DNA of 64,000 bases from Octopus vulgaris. Lineage: Eukaryota. Location: the NCBI GenBank assembly GCA_951406725.2, contig OX597824.1, positions 35,960,001-36,024,000 on the forward strand, read 5' to 3'. This document shows positions 41,871 to 55,452 of the stretch, piece after piece. The position numbers were made by a program, and so were the translations under genes. Position 1 is the first letter of the stretch. Each line of letters begins with the position of its first letter. A model generated the notes under the pieces. That model was given only the letters and a program-made list of their open reading frames with translations, was not told the DNA's origin and ran no database searches.

Positions 41871-42606
41871 TAAGACACAAATAGATTTGAGGTAAACCCT
41901 CATATTCCCAAACCGTATTGCAATAACACAGCAGCGACATGACCTTATGGTATGGTGGATTTTGATAAAAATTTTGATTGACGAGTTGAATATGTTTTGA
42001 GAGGGCAATATAAAATGAGTTTCCCAACACTTGTACAAGAATCAGCGGGCTGAAATTCCGATATAAAATCATTCAAATTTCAGTTGCGTGTTGACCAACA
42101 TTATATACTGCTTTGCTTGCAAACCTGGATGGCCTTTACATTGGTGAAATGGCGTCGCTTGGGGTATCGATTATGTGTGTACTTTTGCAGGGTTCTTTAA
42201 CATAGTCTAAACCGAGATGTAGCCCATCCTTTCAACTCGCCCGGCCACTCCATTAACTCCATCGCTACAGAGCATTATATTCTGGAATACACAAAGGACA
42301 GTCTATTATATTCGCCCGAAGCACATTTTTTTTTCTCACGGACTTACATGAATGACTCTCCTCCCCTTTCTATTCCCATTACGCCTCACCTGCAATTATG
42401 TATGTACATACGCGCTGGGGTGTATTGATGATTCCTTGCTATATTTTTGCATATGAACGGACGTATGTACTTGTGATTATATATGCATGGATACAGAATG
42501 CATTTTTGTGAATATGTGAGTATTTTCATGAATATACCAGTGGATGGATATGTGTATGGGCATATTCACTTTTTCTTACACACACACACACACATATATA
42601 TATATG

Positions 42607-42657
<51 letters not shown>

Positions 42658-42992
42658 ATATACATATACATATATACATACATACATATATATATGTATA
42701 TATATGTGTATATATATATACATATATACCTATATATTTATGTATGTATATATGTATGTATGTGTGTGTATGTGTTTGTGTATGTATATAGGTAATATAG
42801 GTATGCACCTGCATTGGAGCTCATGTACATACGTACATTGTATGCTTCATGATGTGATGCATATATACATATTGATGTTTACCACGACTTGTACAGCTCT
42901 ATCAACATTTGTGTGAGGGTATACAGGCTAGTGATTAAATGGCATCTATTGGTGTGTGTGTGTGTGTGCGTGTGTATGAGTGTGTATGTATG

Positions 42993-43104
<112 letters not shown>

Positions 43105-43595
43105 CTCACTACTACTTGATCCTTCAAACCTTTCCCTATGTAACACCGGTCGATAAATATTCTTTTCCTTTGGCTTCTTGTTCTCTCTCCTAATTTCTCT
43201 TCTTTTCCGTTCTTTTCCCACTGATGTTAGCAGAGACTAAAACTTCAATATTTTCACAGTCTCATAAACTAACCAAGAGAATCTTTCCTTATTCTTTCGA
43301 AGAAATCGGTCCGGAATATTGGGAGCTATTCTCCTCCTCTCTCAGAACGATGCAAACTAAAAATAAATAAATAAATGTATGAATGAATGAATGAATGAAT
43401 GAATAAAATAAAATAGAATAAAAAAGATAAAAAGAAAAAAGGCTTTAGACATGGCTATATGACCAAAAAAATTTTGGGCTATGTGCCCAGAGTAGAAAAA
43501 GATATTTTCTTAGTTCACTTTAAATTTAGTTTATTTTGGTTCAATAGAAGCTATCGCTGGTAATGTATGGTGTAACTATCAATTGAAAATGTGAT

Positions 43596-43783
43596 CTTCT
43601 TCTTCTTCTTCTTCTTCTTCTTCTTCTTCTTCTTCTTCTTCTTCTTCTTCTTCTTCTTCTTCCTCTTCCTCTTCCTCCTCCTCCTCCTCCTCCTCTTCTT
43701 CTTCTTCTTCTTCTTCTTCTTCTTCTTCTTCTTCCTCCTCCTCCTCCTCCTCCTCCTCTTCTTCTTCTTCTTTTTCTTCTTCT
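43596..43783. repeat. (TTC)n/(TCC)n microsatellite
   Basis: Directly visible. Confidence 0.95.
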
Positions 43784-44000
43784 TGTATTTGATAGACGTA
43801 AACTAAGAGAAGCCCATTGTATATACATGTATGTTTATACGCATGTGTGTATGTCCTGTGCTTTGTCGACCGTTGTCGGTCTGTTTACGTCCCTTTAACA
43901 TAAAAATATGTACAAGGGTTGATTTGTTGAATTAAACCTTTCAAACCGGCTCCCTAGCATGGCGGCAGTTCAATAACTGAAATAAGTAATATATATATAT

Positions 44001-46791
44001 CCGAGATGACCTCACGCCCCAGGTCCTGTTGTCATATTCAAACTCAGTGTGTGAAACTCAAATTGTACACATAAGACAACTGAATATCGTCATATGCACT
44101 ACAATTCGCCCACCAGATGCCCCAAATCACTCAGGCATGATTGAAGACTGCCTAACAAAAATAGGAGAAGTCATCACCAACCTTGAACAACACAACAGTG
44201 TATTCTTCATGGGTGACTTTAACTTCCCCAATGTGGAATGGCCTGGGGGGAAGATGCTCTCAGGGATGACACACCATCAGCAGGCACAGGCAGAGTCCCT
44301 GCTCCATCTCACAAATGCCTCTTTCATGGAGCAAATAGTTCTGCAACCAACAAGGGCAGATAATATACTGGATCTCTGCTTCACAAACAATATGGATATT
44401 ATCCATAATGTTAATGTGATGCCGACAATGATCTCGGATCACAGCATAATAGAGCTGTCTATGTATGGACCAAAAGCCCCCGCGGACACACAGCCTATAC
44501 GAAGCATCAACCATCTCTCCAACTTTCATAAAGCAAACTGGAAGTTGATTGAGAAAGAGATCCTCAAACAGGATTGGCCTAAATGTCTCTCCACATCGGA
44601 CATTAACATGAAACACAAACACTTCATGTCCATAATACAAGCCATATGTGACAAATATGTCCCAGTGTGCAGGGCCAGCACACACAAAAACAAAAACAGG
44701 ATCCCTAGAGAAAGGAAGATTCTTATGAGACGACGGAGAAGGATTGCGAACCGCCTGAGCAAGCACACCAAAAGTGGTGAGAAGTCTCGGCTCGAGTGAA
44801 TGCTAATGGAAATTGAGAAAAGTCTGCATCAGTCCCAGGAAAAGGAGAGAGCAGATAAAGAAGCTTGGGTAATAGAAAATATAAAATCAAACCCTAAAGC
44901 TTTCTTTAAGTTTGCCAAAGAGACAGCCACAGTGCACCAGAGAATAGGACCTCTCTTCCAAAAAGATGGCTCTTTCACAGGAAATCCCACGAGGGTAAGT
45001 GAAATACTGAACGAACAATTCCAAAGTGTGTTCACTACACCTCTAGGACACAGGCAAGTAAACAACCCAGAAGAATTCTTTGCCACTTTACCTGTGGCCA
45101 AAGAGGCAAAAATTGAGTACATCAACATCGAAGATGATGATATCACACTAGATGAGATTGACACAAACTCAGCTGCTGGACCTGATGGATTCCCAGCGAT
45201 CCTTCTCAAATCGTGCAAACGAGCCCTTGCAAAACCGCTACAGCTTCTTTTTCAGGGCTTTCTTGCAAGTGGTAAGCTCCCAGTCAAATTGAAAGAGGGG
45301 GTAATATGCCCTATCCATAAGAGAGGTAGCAGAGCAGATGCTAAAAATTATAGGCCTATCTCTCTGACCTCACACATCAGCAAAGTCATGGAACGTAAGA
45401 AACTAATCATGTTCCTTGAAGAAAATGACTTGCTGTCTGACACCCAGCATGGATTTCGACCAGGTAGAAGCTGCCTAACACAGCTCCTGCAACACTATGA
45501 CTGGGTGTTGAAACAGCTACTAAATGGCCCAAATGCGGATGTAATATATCTCGACTTTGCAAAAGCCTTTGATAAAGTCCACCATGGTATGATCTGTCAC
45601 AAACTGCATGGTCTCGGCATAGGCGGAAAACTTGGAGAGTGGCTGCACAACTTCCTAAAAGACAGAAGACAGGCAGTTGTGAGCAATGGAGCCACCTCCA
45701 AGGAAAAACAAATAGCAAGCGGTGTCCCACAGGGCACTGTCTTGGGGCCACTGATGTTCATAGTGGCCCTTTCAGACATGCCTTCAGTTGCTACGATGGC
45801 CACCCTTGCTAGCTATGCAGATGACACAAAAGTCTCCCACACAATACAAAACCCTGAAAATATTGCGCATCTGCAACAGGAGTTGGACACAATATACAGG
45901 TGGGCTGAGGACAACAACATGCAGTTTAATGCAGGTAAGTTCCAGGCCCTGCGCTACCGGCACACAAAGGTAAACGACGTACAGACTGGATACACTGGCC
46001 CAGGAAGAATTGCAATCCCTGAGTCAAAATCAGTGCGTGACCTGGGCATTGACATGAGCAATGATGCATCTTTCCAAGTGCATATTACTAATCTGGTGAT
46101 AAAATGCAGACGGCTAGCTGGATGGATTCTCCGAACTTTCAGAACAAGAGAGAAGGAGACACTGATGGTCCTATGGAAAACATTCGTCCTCAGCTCCCAA
46201 CTATGGTCACCACACAATATAAAATTAAAAGCAGAACTCGAAGCAATTCAGAGAAGCTACACAAAAAAATCGTCTCAATGCAAAATATCAGCTACTGGGA
46301 AAGACTGAAAGTATTAAACCTCTTCTCCCTAGAGCGGAGGCGGGAGAGATATGCGGTGATATACATCTGGAAAATCCTGGAGGGTCTTGTCCCAAACTTT
46401 GGCATTCAAAGTTACCCCAACCGCAGAACGGGGCGCCACTGCATGGTGCCAAAGATTCCAACATCACCATCAAAATACAGGTCCAGATACTGCAACAGCT
46501 TGGGTTTCAGAGGACCACAGCTCTTTAACATCCTCCCTAAATGCCCGAGAGACTTGCATGGTGTGGATGTGGGTTTCTTTAAAACTAAACTGGATCTCTT
46601 CTTGTCGGGAGTCCCAGTTAAACCTACCTCACGAAAGGAGACGCAGATGCGGGCAGTAGCATCGGACTGACTCCCTTGTTGATCAAGTGCCACGTATCAG
46701 AGGTGGATTCACATATTAGTGTAGTTCATTCAGCGGTGGTGCCCCAGCATGGCCGCGGCCTTCGGTCTAAAACATTTTTAAGGATTTAAGG

Positions 46792-46796
<5 letters not shown>
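44001..46796 (+). mobile_element. 5'-truncated CR1-group LINE (APE endonuclease plus RT), inactivated
   Basis: MGDFNFP, PTRADNILDLCFTN and SDH (APE); NYRPISLTS, QHGFRPGRSC, YLDFAKAFDKV, SGVPQGTVLGP, YADD, RDLG and SLERRRERY (RT and C-terminus). There is a TGA at 44797-44799, small deletions, a frameshift near 46260-46270, and an (aggattt)n tail. Both flanks are (TA)n. Confidence 0.95.
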
Positions 46797-46844
<48 letters not shown>

Positions 46845-46845
<1 letters not shown>

Positions 46846-46878
46846 CTGAAAGAAGCCCGTCGTATATGTGTGTGTGTT

Positions 46879-46909
<31 letters not shown>

Positions 46910-47130
46910 GTGTGTGTGTGTATGTGTGTGTGCTTGTGTTTATCGCCCCAACATCGCTTGACAACCAATGCTAGTGTGTTTACGTACCCGTAACATGACG
47001 GTTCAGCAAAAGAAACCGATGGAATAAGTACTAGGCTTACAAAGAATATGTCCTGGGATTGATTAGCTTGACTAAAGGCGGTGCTCTAGCATGGCCGCAA
47101 ACAAATGACTGAAACAAGTAAAAGAATAAA
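46845..47130 (+). mobile_element. SINE family A, 3' two-thirds
   Basis: aactgaaagaagcccgtcg...ggcggtgctctagcatggccgc...tgactgaaacaagtaaaag. Confidence 0.85.
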
Positions 47131-47132
47131 AT

Positions 47133-47192
<60 letters not shown>

Positions 47193-47978
47193 AACACATA
47201 TACCATAGTGAACTGATCCTCTTCAATTTCTACCTTACCTGTTTATGTGCTTAATATTTACCTGATGGTGTCGGGGTTTTGCGATGATGTAATTTAAAAA
47301 TGTATCAATAAAATGCTATCGAAACAGCAGCTATGAATTCTGAACTCCACTTATGATATTCTTGTATATATATAATATTAATGTGTGTATGTGTGTGTGC
47401 TTGGGCGCTTTGGGGCCTTTTCAACAGCGCGCATTCGTACCTAGCCACTGGCATGAACGAGAATTCGCCGTCTCTGACATAGAAAGAAGTGAATAAAACA
47501 ATCGCCAATGTTGCCAGTAGCCACCAGGTTGATTAAAAATCCGGGCATTCTCACTAGCGTTTTCTCTCTATATATTAAATCGAGTTTTTAATACAGCAAG
47601 TCCATAAAACATATTATTTCGGAACAAATATTGTAATAACTGGCCTATCTACAGTGTATATACATTAAGTATGTTACATAGATAGCTATTTCAGTTACAC
47701 ATTAAACATTCTTTTCTACTCTAGGCACAAGGCCCGAAATTTTTAGAGATGGGGGCCAGATCGATCCCAGTACGCAAATGGTACTTAATTTATCAACCCC
47801 AAAAGTATGAAAGGCAAAGTCGACCTCAGCGTGGCACCTTGGGCAAAGAATAAGTCTTGGGGTCAATTTGTTCAACTAAAGGCGGTGCTCCAGCATGGCC
47901 GCAGTGAAATGACTGAAGCAAATAAAAAAGAATAAAAGAATATATATACACACAACTATGTGTGTTTATATATATATG

Positions 47979-48050
<72 letters not shown>

Positions 48051-48134
48051 CGTATATATATATATATATATGATGTATATATATATATATAATGTATGTG
48101 TATTTATATATATGTACACACACACACACACACG

Positions 48135-48896
<762 letters not shown>

Positions 48897-49072
48897 CACA
48901 TATACACATACTCAAGAAAGTACAAGGTGGAAAAAATAGTATTCGAATGCCAAAACTCAGAGTCTTATTATGGGGACCGAATAATTATCACATATTATAT
49001 TACAGATAAATTCCTCTATTTACATAATATCGAGGTCTTTTTCTTTCTTTTGTTGTTTTACCATTACTCTTA

Positions 49073-49128
<56 letters not shown>

Positions 49129-49130
<2 letters not shown>

Positions 49131-49454
49131 CTTTGGAATAGAAAAAAAGTCTATCTTTATTTCTTCTTTTGCTGGTGTCTCAAATTTAGGTTAAATCAGT
49201 GTTTCTCGAAGAGGAAGCCTATGAGATGGTCGGACAAGTCGTTTTGAGAAAATTTGCTCGTATATATATACGAGCAAAACGCCCTCCGTCCAATGGACGG
49301 TGCTGAGTTGTCAAGCATTTAAACAAAATTTTCTCAAAACAACTTGTCCGACCATCTCATTAGGCTTCCTCTTTGAAAAACACTGATTTAACCTAAATTT
49401 GAGACACCAGCAAAAGAAGAAATAAAGATAGACTTTTTTTCTATTCCAAAGAAA
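49129..49454. repeat. ~125-bp inverted repeat beside (TA)n with internal hairpins
   Basis: ttctttggaatagaaaaaaagtctatc.../...gatagactttttttctattccaaagaa. The centre holds tttgctcgtatatatatacgagcaaa and ccgtccaatggacgg. Confidence 0.9.
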
Positions 49455-49699
49455 AACGATTTTATTCACATAAATATGTAACCGAAAAGTTTAAAATACC
49501 AGTAATGATAAGGCTGTTGACTGGGAGAACACAAACATGGTTTAAACAGTAAGCTTGGCAGGAAAGAAACGTGCCTTTAAGCAGTACAAAAACAACAAAA
49601 AATGGAAGGTGCAGTTATGTACAAGCTGACAGAAGAAAAGCAGGACAAAAACGATTCATGCAAATGGGTTAGCTGGAGGTAAATCTAGATGGAAAAGCA

Positions 49700-50094
49700 T
49701 GATGAATTTATGAAAACGTACCAGGGACAATAATAAGTTTATCCGATAAAACATGTAGGAAATCAACTTGGGATGATTTTTGATGAAAATTAAATATACT
49801 ACATTTTGTGTCATTATTTCAAGCCAGCCGGCCTCTTTTTTGCGCAAATTGCACGTACAATTTTCTCACGTACGCGTAGTATCGATCGCAACAGCTGATG
49901 TACTTGCGCGTACAAATGCACGTTCCCACGGCTTTATCGATCGCATTCTCACCTGGAATTGATTTTTGTTAGTTTTTTTCAAGACTTATACACGCCCTGA
50001 TACCGACGGTATCTACATATCAAATTTGAGCGCAATCGGATGGAGGATGCCTGAGATCCTAGAAGACACACAGACAGACAGACAGAACGGATTT

Positions 50095-50100
<6 letters not shown>
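49700..50100 (-). mobile_element. Non-autonomous Helitron-like 5' portion
   Basis: Minus strand begins tatataaaatccgttctgtctgtctgtctgtgtgtc...ccgattgcgctcaaatttg. Confidence 0.45.
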
Positions 50101-50148
<48 letters not shown>

Positions 50149-50230
50149 CAGTTCTCCAGCATGACCGTTGTCCTACGACTGAAACCAGTAACAAGATAAG
50201 AGAATACACACACACACACAAACACATATG

Positions 50231-50303
<73 letters not shown>

Positions 50304-50306
<3 letters not shown>

Positions 50307-50780
50307 ATGCCGACACAAGTGTGTCTTCCTCGACTTTGTGTCCGCATAATTCCAGAAAAATGAACATGTTTAATGAGATTTCTACAAACACGCTTCTGAT
50401 GGTGTAAATTCCGATAGTATCGGAATATGTCGAGAAGAAAAAATGGCGCGAGGAGAGGAGTTTCGAAAAAATTCTCACGAGTTGGTTTTGTTTCCCTATA
50501 ACTTTCAGAAAAGTGGACACAATTTTATGAAATTTTCTACAAATACCTTTCAGAGTGAGTAGATTACGATTCTAAAGGAATCTAATATAAAAAAAAAAGT
50601 TTTTTCGAAATTTAAAGATGCATTTTAAGTGTACGATTCCACCAATTTTGTTTTTCGTTATAAATTCCGATACAATTGTAATCTACACACGCTGAATTGC
50701 ATTTGTAGAAAATTTCATTGAAAATGTCCGTTTTCTGGAGAGACAAAGTTGAGGAGGACATACTTTTGTAGCCATGTCAC
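50304..50780. mobile_element. Decayed MITE with long imperfect TIRs
   Basis: gtcttcctcgactttgt...ccagaaaaatgaacat...ttctacaaa versus tttgtagaaaatttcattgaaaatgtccgttttctgg..acaaagttgaggaggac. Confidence 0.6.
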
Positions 50781-51002
50781 ATATATTCTTTTATTCTTTT
50801 AATGGTTTCAGTCGTAGGACTGCGACCGTGCTAGAACACGGCCTCATCTCTGCCCCACCTCTCTCTTTTTAAGTATATATATATAAAAGTTAAAACCAGA
50901 CTGTTTTAACTTTATTCAACTGATATACTATTCTGAACACATTCCCACAAATCGAAACAATACACACACACACACACACACATACATGCACACACGTACA
51001 TA

Positions 51003-51039
<37 letters not shown>

Positions 51040-51129
51040 GCAACTTCATCCTCATATATACATAGGTGTATGCTTGTATACATATATATTTAGACATTTA
51101 TACAAATAAATATACGTACGTATGTATGT

Positions 51130-51570
51130 ATGAAAGTAAGGAGGGATGTCAGGAAGGGCATCGCTGTTACACTTCCAGATGGGAAGGGTCTTCCTTTGAT
51201 GCTGACATGCAATGTCTGTGCAAGACCCTGCCTCAGTAAAGCTGGACTCAAGAGTCATCTTCGTAGTCATAAAGCGAGACAGATGAGTGACAACCTGGCC
51301 ACTGGTGGTGGTGTAACACACCATACTAATCATATCTGTCGGGCATGTGGAAGAGAGTGTAATTCGGCTGGAGGACTTAAACGACATGCAAAGGTACATT
51401 AAGCCCAGTTACAACTACAGCCGGCTATTACCGGTAAAGGTTTTAGTTGCCAATACTGTACAAGACATTGTAGATCTTTAGCTGGGCTAAAAAGTCACAT
51501 TCGATCACAGCACCAGTAACAGTTAAGCTTCGTGCAATGGCCATACTCGATAATGAGGGGACAGCCATAA
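51130..51570 (+). mobile_element. RTE-type LINE 3' end encoding two C2H2-like zinc fingers, with (TATG)n tail
   Basis: CNVCARPCLSKAGLKSHLRSH and CRACGRECNSAGGLKRHAKVH. The segment is flanked by TATG repeats, and its short 3' UTR ends gaggggacagcca-(tatg)n. Confidence 0.7.
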
Positions 51571-51643
51571 TGTATGTATGTATGTATGTATGTATGTATG
51601 TATGTATGTATGTATGTATGTATGTATGTATATATATATATAT

Positions 51644-51998
51644 AGGTGCAGTAGTAGCTGTGTGGTAAGTAGCTTGCATACCAACCACATGGTCCCGGGT
51701 TCAGTCCCACGGCGAGGCACCTTGGGCAAGTGTCTTCTACTATAGCCGCGGGCCGACCAAAACCTTGTGAGTGGATTTATGTATTTATATATATGTGTAT
51801 GTATATGTGTATATGTTTGTGTGTCGGTGTTTGACAACCGATGCTGGTGTGTTTACGTACCCGCAACTTAGCGGTTCGGCAAAGGGGACGATAGAATAAA
51901 TATTAGGCTTACAAAGAATAAGCTCTTGGGTCGATCTGCTCGACTAAAGACGGTGCTCCAGCATGGCCGCAGACAAATTACTGAAACAAGTAAAAGAG
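51644..51998 (+). mobile_element. SINE family A
   Basis: Head and tail match the family. Confidence 0.88.
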
Positions 51999-52015
51999 CT
52001 ATATATGTATGTATG

Positions 52016-52080
<65 letters not shown>

Positions 52081-52082
52081 CA

Positions 52083-52117
<35 letters not shown>

Positions 52118-52233
52118 GTGCATACATTCACACTCCTGCATATGCGTATATACATATATGTACATATGTACATTCATACATTGTTTTTATTATTTACAAT
52201 TGACGGATAGTTGTCCTCATCTTGTTTGTTGTT

Positions 52234-52279
52234 AACACAAAGTTTCGGCTGATATACGCTCCAGGATTCATTAGGTGTC
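52234..52279 (-). ncRNA. Degenerate hammerhead-ribozyme-like motif
   Basis: Minus strand: gacac-CTAATGA-atcctggagcgtatatcagcc-GAAAC-ttt-gtgtt. Stem I is retained; the core and stem II are mutated. Confidence 0.4.
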
Positions 52280-52676
52280 GTGGGCAAATTTCGAGCGTGG
52301 GTTCTCATTCCTAAGGTATTTTTCGATGTTATTATTTTAGTTTAAAATAGTTGGGTAAACTAAACACTACATTTAAGCACATGCATCCTAATCCTCCAAA
52401 GAAGTTTTTCCAAGGACTATTATTGAACTCTAAAAGCATAAAGACTCTACAATGTATTGGTATACTTATTTATTAATTTTTGAATACATGTATTATCAAT
52501 TTTTTGAAAAAACCATTGTAAATTTCTTTTTTCACCTTCCTCAAATTAAAAAAAAAATTTTTCCCCTTCCAAATCTTGAAAATTTGCCTTGTAATGAAAG
52601 CCGGTTTGATTTATTATTTTTTCTTTTTTAATTTTCATACACCCATTTTTACTAAAATTATTATAATTTTTCCTCT

Positions 52677-52784
<108 letters not shown>

Positions 52785-53261
52785 GATCTCAAGAAATTTA
52801 CATGCATGTTTAATAACCACTCATTAAGTTATGCTATACAAATATAGCCCACTAGTTAAGCCGCAGAATTCTCTTAGGAGAACAATCTGAAGGAAATCGC
52901 GATTAGTCTCGTCTGGTTGTTACTGGATCAGCAGAAGGTTTTACTTTGTCCACTTCCGTCGTGAGAGAGAGAGGGGGAGAGAGGGAGAGACGGAGCCTAT
53001 AAAAACTCATAAAAATGTAATGAGAAACAGGCGGTGCTTTTCTTTATTTGGATGTCACCTCATTCATTGGTGACAAAAGTAGTAAAACAATGGTTATGAA
53101 TAAGTTATAAATAAATATAAATGCTCAACGAACACACATTCAACTCGTTCTATAAATAGATTCTTTGGTTAAAGGACTGGATTCTCTCTGTAGAGTGAAC
53201 TCAGATCCATTTCGAAAGCATCACACTCGGTCATTATCCCATCCACAATGTCATAAATAAC

Positions 53262-53317
<56 letters not shown>

Positions 53318-53346
53318 TTTATAGATATTTATTTATTTTCTAGAAG

Positions 53347-53397
53347 AGCCTCTACAGGACTAGAACTGTTTCATTCAAAATAAATCATCAGGAAGCT
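53347..53397 (-). ncRNA. Type I hammerhead-ribozyme-like motif (left arm of foldback 53331-54141)
   Basis: Minus strand: agcttc-CTGATGA-tttattttgaat-GAA-ACAG.ttctagtc.CTGT-A-gaggct. Confidence 0.6.
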
Positions 53398-53473
53398 AGG
53401 TGACAAGAATAGTTTTGGCATTTATACATTTAGGCAGATTTAAAGTGGTGGTGGTGGGGGACTTTTTGATGTA

Positions 53474-53562
<89 letters not shown>

Positions 53563-53665
53563 GTGAGCGTGTGTGTATGGGGGTGTATATTCTTTTATAT
53601 ATATATGTGTGTAGATATATGTGTGCGTGTGCTTGCATATTGGCATGTATGTGTGTGTGTATTCG

Positions 53666-53703
<38 letters not shown>

Positions 53704-53777
53704 CATGGATATATGTATGTGTATGTATGAGTATGTGTATGGGTGTGTACGTATATGTATGTATATGGGTGCATATA

Positions 53778-53808
<31 letters not shown>

Positions 53809-53815
53809 GTGTATA

Positions 53816-53879
<64 letters not shown>

Positions 53880-54073
53880 AGTGATAGTCTTATTTTTTTA
53901 CCTAAAACTCTATTCTATTATTCTATTTATTCTTTTATCTACTTTATCACTGATTCTTTTGACCACTCCCCTAAGAAAGACAGTTTGCGCCATGCCTACC
54001 CCAAAAAGTCCCCTACCACCATCACTTTTAAATCTGCCTAAATGTATAAATGCCAAAACTATTCTTGTCACCT

Positions 54074-54124
54074 AGCTTCCTGATGATTTCTTTTGAATGA
54101 AACAGTTCTAGTCCTGTAGAAGCT
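54074..54124 (+). ncRNA. Type I hammerhead-ribozyme-like motif with complete helix III (right arm)
   Basis: agcttc-CTGATGA-tttc.tttt.gaat-GAA-ACAG.ttctagtc.CTGT-A-gaagct. Stem I is 6 bp and stem III is 4 bp; the GUA triplet predicts a cut after 54118. Stem II is weak. Confidence 0.7.
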
Positions 54125-54206
54125 CCTTCTATAAAATAAATTAATTTACTCTGCTATGTATTGAGTACCTTATTTACTGTGGTTAACCCCGACTCAACCC
54201 GGGACC

Positions 54207-54261
<55 letters not shown>

Positions 54262-54517
54262 TAATAAATAAATAAAACATATGCATATATACATATATAT
54301 ATATATTAAATTTAAATAATTTAAATTTTAAATTTTATTTTTATATATTTTGTATATTATATTAATTATATTTATTTTTATGTATTGTATTGGTTTATGT
54401 TTTTCACTGCTTGATTTTCCTAATAGTGGTTTTATCTCTAATATAATTTATATTTATACTGTGAAATTTGATTTAATCTTAAATCTAATTTTTCCCTGTA
54501 AATTTGGATTTACTCCC

Positions 54518-54587
<70 letters not shown>

Positions 54588-54689
54588 GGAGTAAGCACAT
54601 AAATGTGAAACAAGGTGGAAAAAAGAGTACTCAAATATCAGAGGTAGAGTAATATGCTTTATTTAAAAGCAGCAGAAATATAACAAAAG

Positions 54690-54727
54690 CTGTTACTCAG
54701 AGTTTCACGTTCCCGTTCGTCGGACAC
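54690..54727 (-). ncRNA. Hammerhead-ribozyme-like motif (left arm of foldback 54657-54829)
   Basis: Minus strand: gtgt-CCGACGA-acg.ggaa.cgt-GAA-ACTC.t.GAGT-A-acag, with a U-to-C variant in the core. Confidence 0.6.
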
Positions 54728-54758
54728 TTTTGTTAAAAAAAAACAACAACAAAAAAAA

Positions 54759-54796
54759 CTGTCCGACGAACGGGAACGTGGAACTCTGAGTAACAG
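54759..54796 (+). ncRNA. Hammerhead-ribozyme-like motif (right arm), GAAA box mutated to GGAA
   Basis: ctgt-CCGACGA-acg.ggaa.cgt-GGA-ACTC.t.GAGT-A-acag. Confidence 0.5.
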
Positions 54797-54828
54797 CTTT
54801 TGTTATATTTCTGCAGCTTTTAAATAAA

Positions 54829-54883
<55 letters not shown>

Positions 54884-54953
54884 CAAATATGTGTGTGTGC
54901 GCACGAGCGAAACCAATAGTCACTCTCTAACCAGCCACAACAAGCAACCTTCT

Positions 54954-55076
<123 letters not shown>

Positions 55077-55239
55077 TATATACAATACACTCTCATGGAA
55101 TCAGGAATTTGAACAAATTTTGTAATTTTTCATTTATGAATCTTCATGACCTGTAACATTGTTGTTTGTTTATTCCCTCTTTATATATAATGCTGTAATT
55201 CTTTCATTCTTATTCATAAAAATTGTCTTTATTTTACAG

Positions 55240-55256
55240 GTGTATTATTTCGTAAG
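55240..55256 (+). CDS. ACYP: Acylphosphatase 17-nt microexon (G-V-L-F-R-K, phase 1 to 0)
   Basis: Acceptor tgtctttattttacAG, exon GTGTATTATTTCGTAAG, donor GTAAGA. Joined to exon 1 it completes V-x-G-x-V-Q-G-V-x-F-R, the acylphosphatase signature, in the right phase. Confidence 0.85.
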
Positions 55257-55452
55257 GTAAGATCAGTTCTAATTCGCTCTCTCTTTTTATATTACTTTTT
55301 TTTAACTTTATCACAAACTGTGCTACACACATCAATACTTCTACAAGTGTTTAATATCATTTAACATACTTTGTATTTATAACTTTTTAGTTAATCCTTA
55401 ACGAACAGCGTAAAATAATGACAAATATTGGAAGCAACAGAGTATTGTCAAA

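Noticed and set aside
44029-46670. Active LINE ORF2
   Set aside because: The element is 5'-truncated and has an in-frame stop, deletions in conserved blocks and a frameshift.
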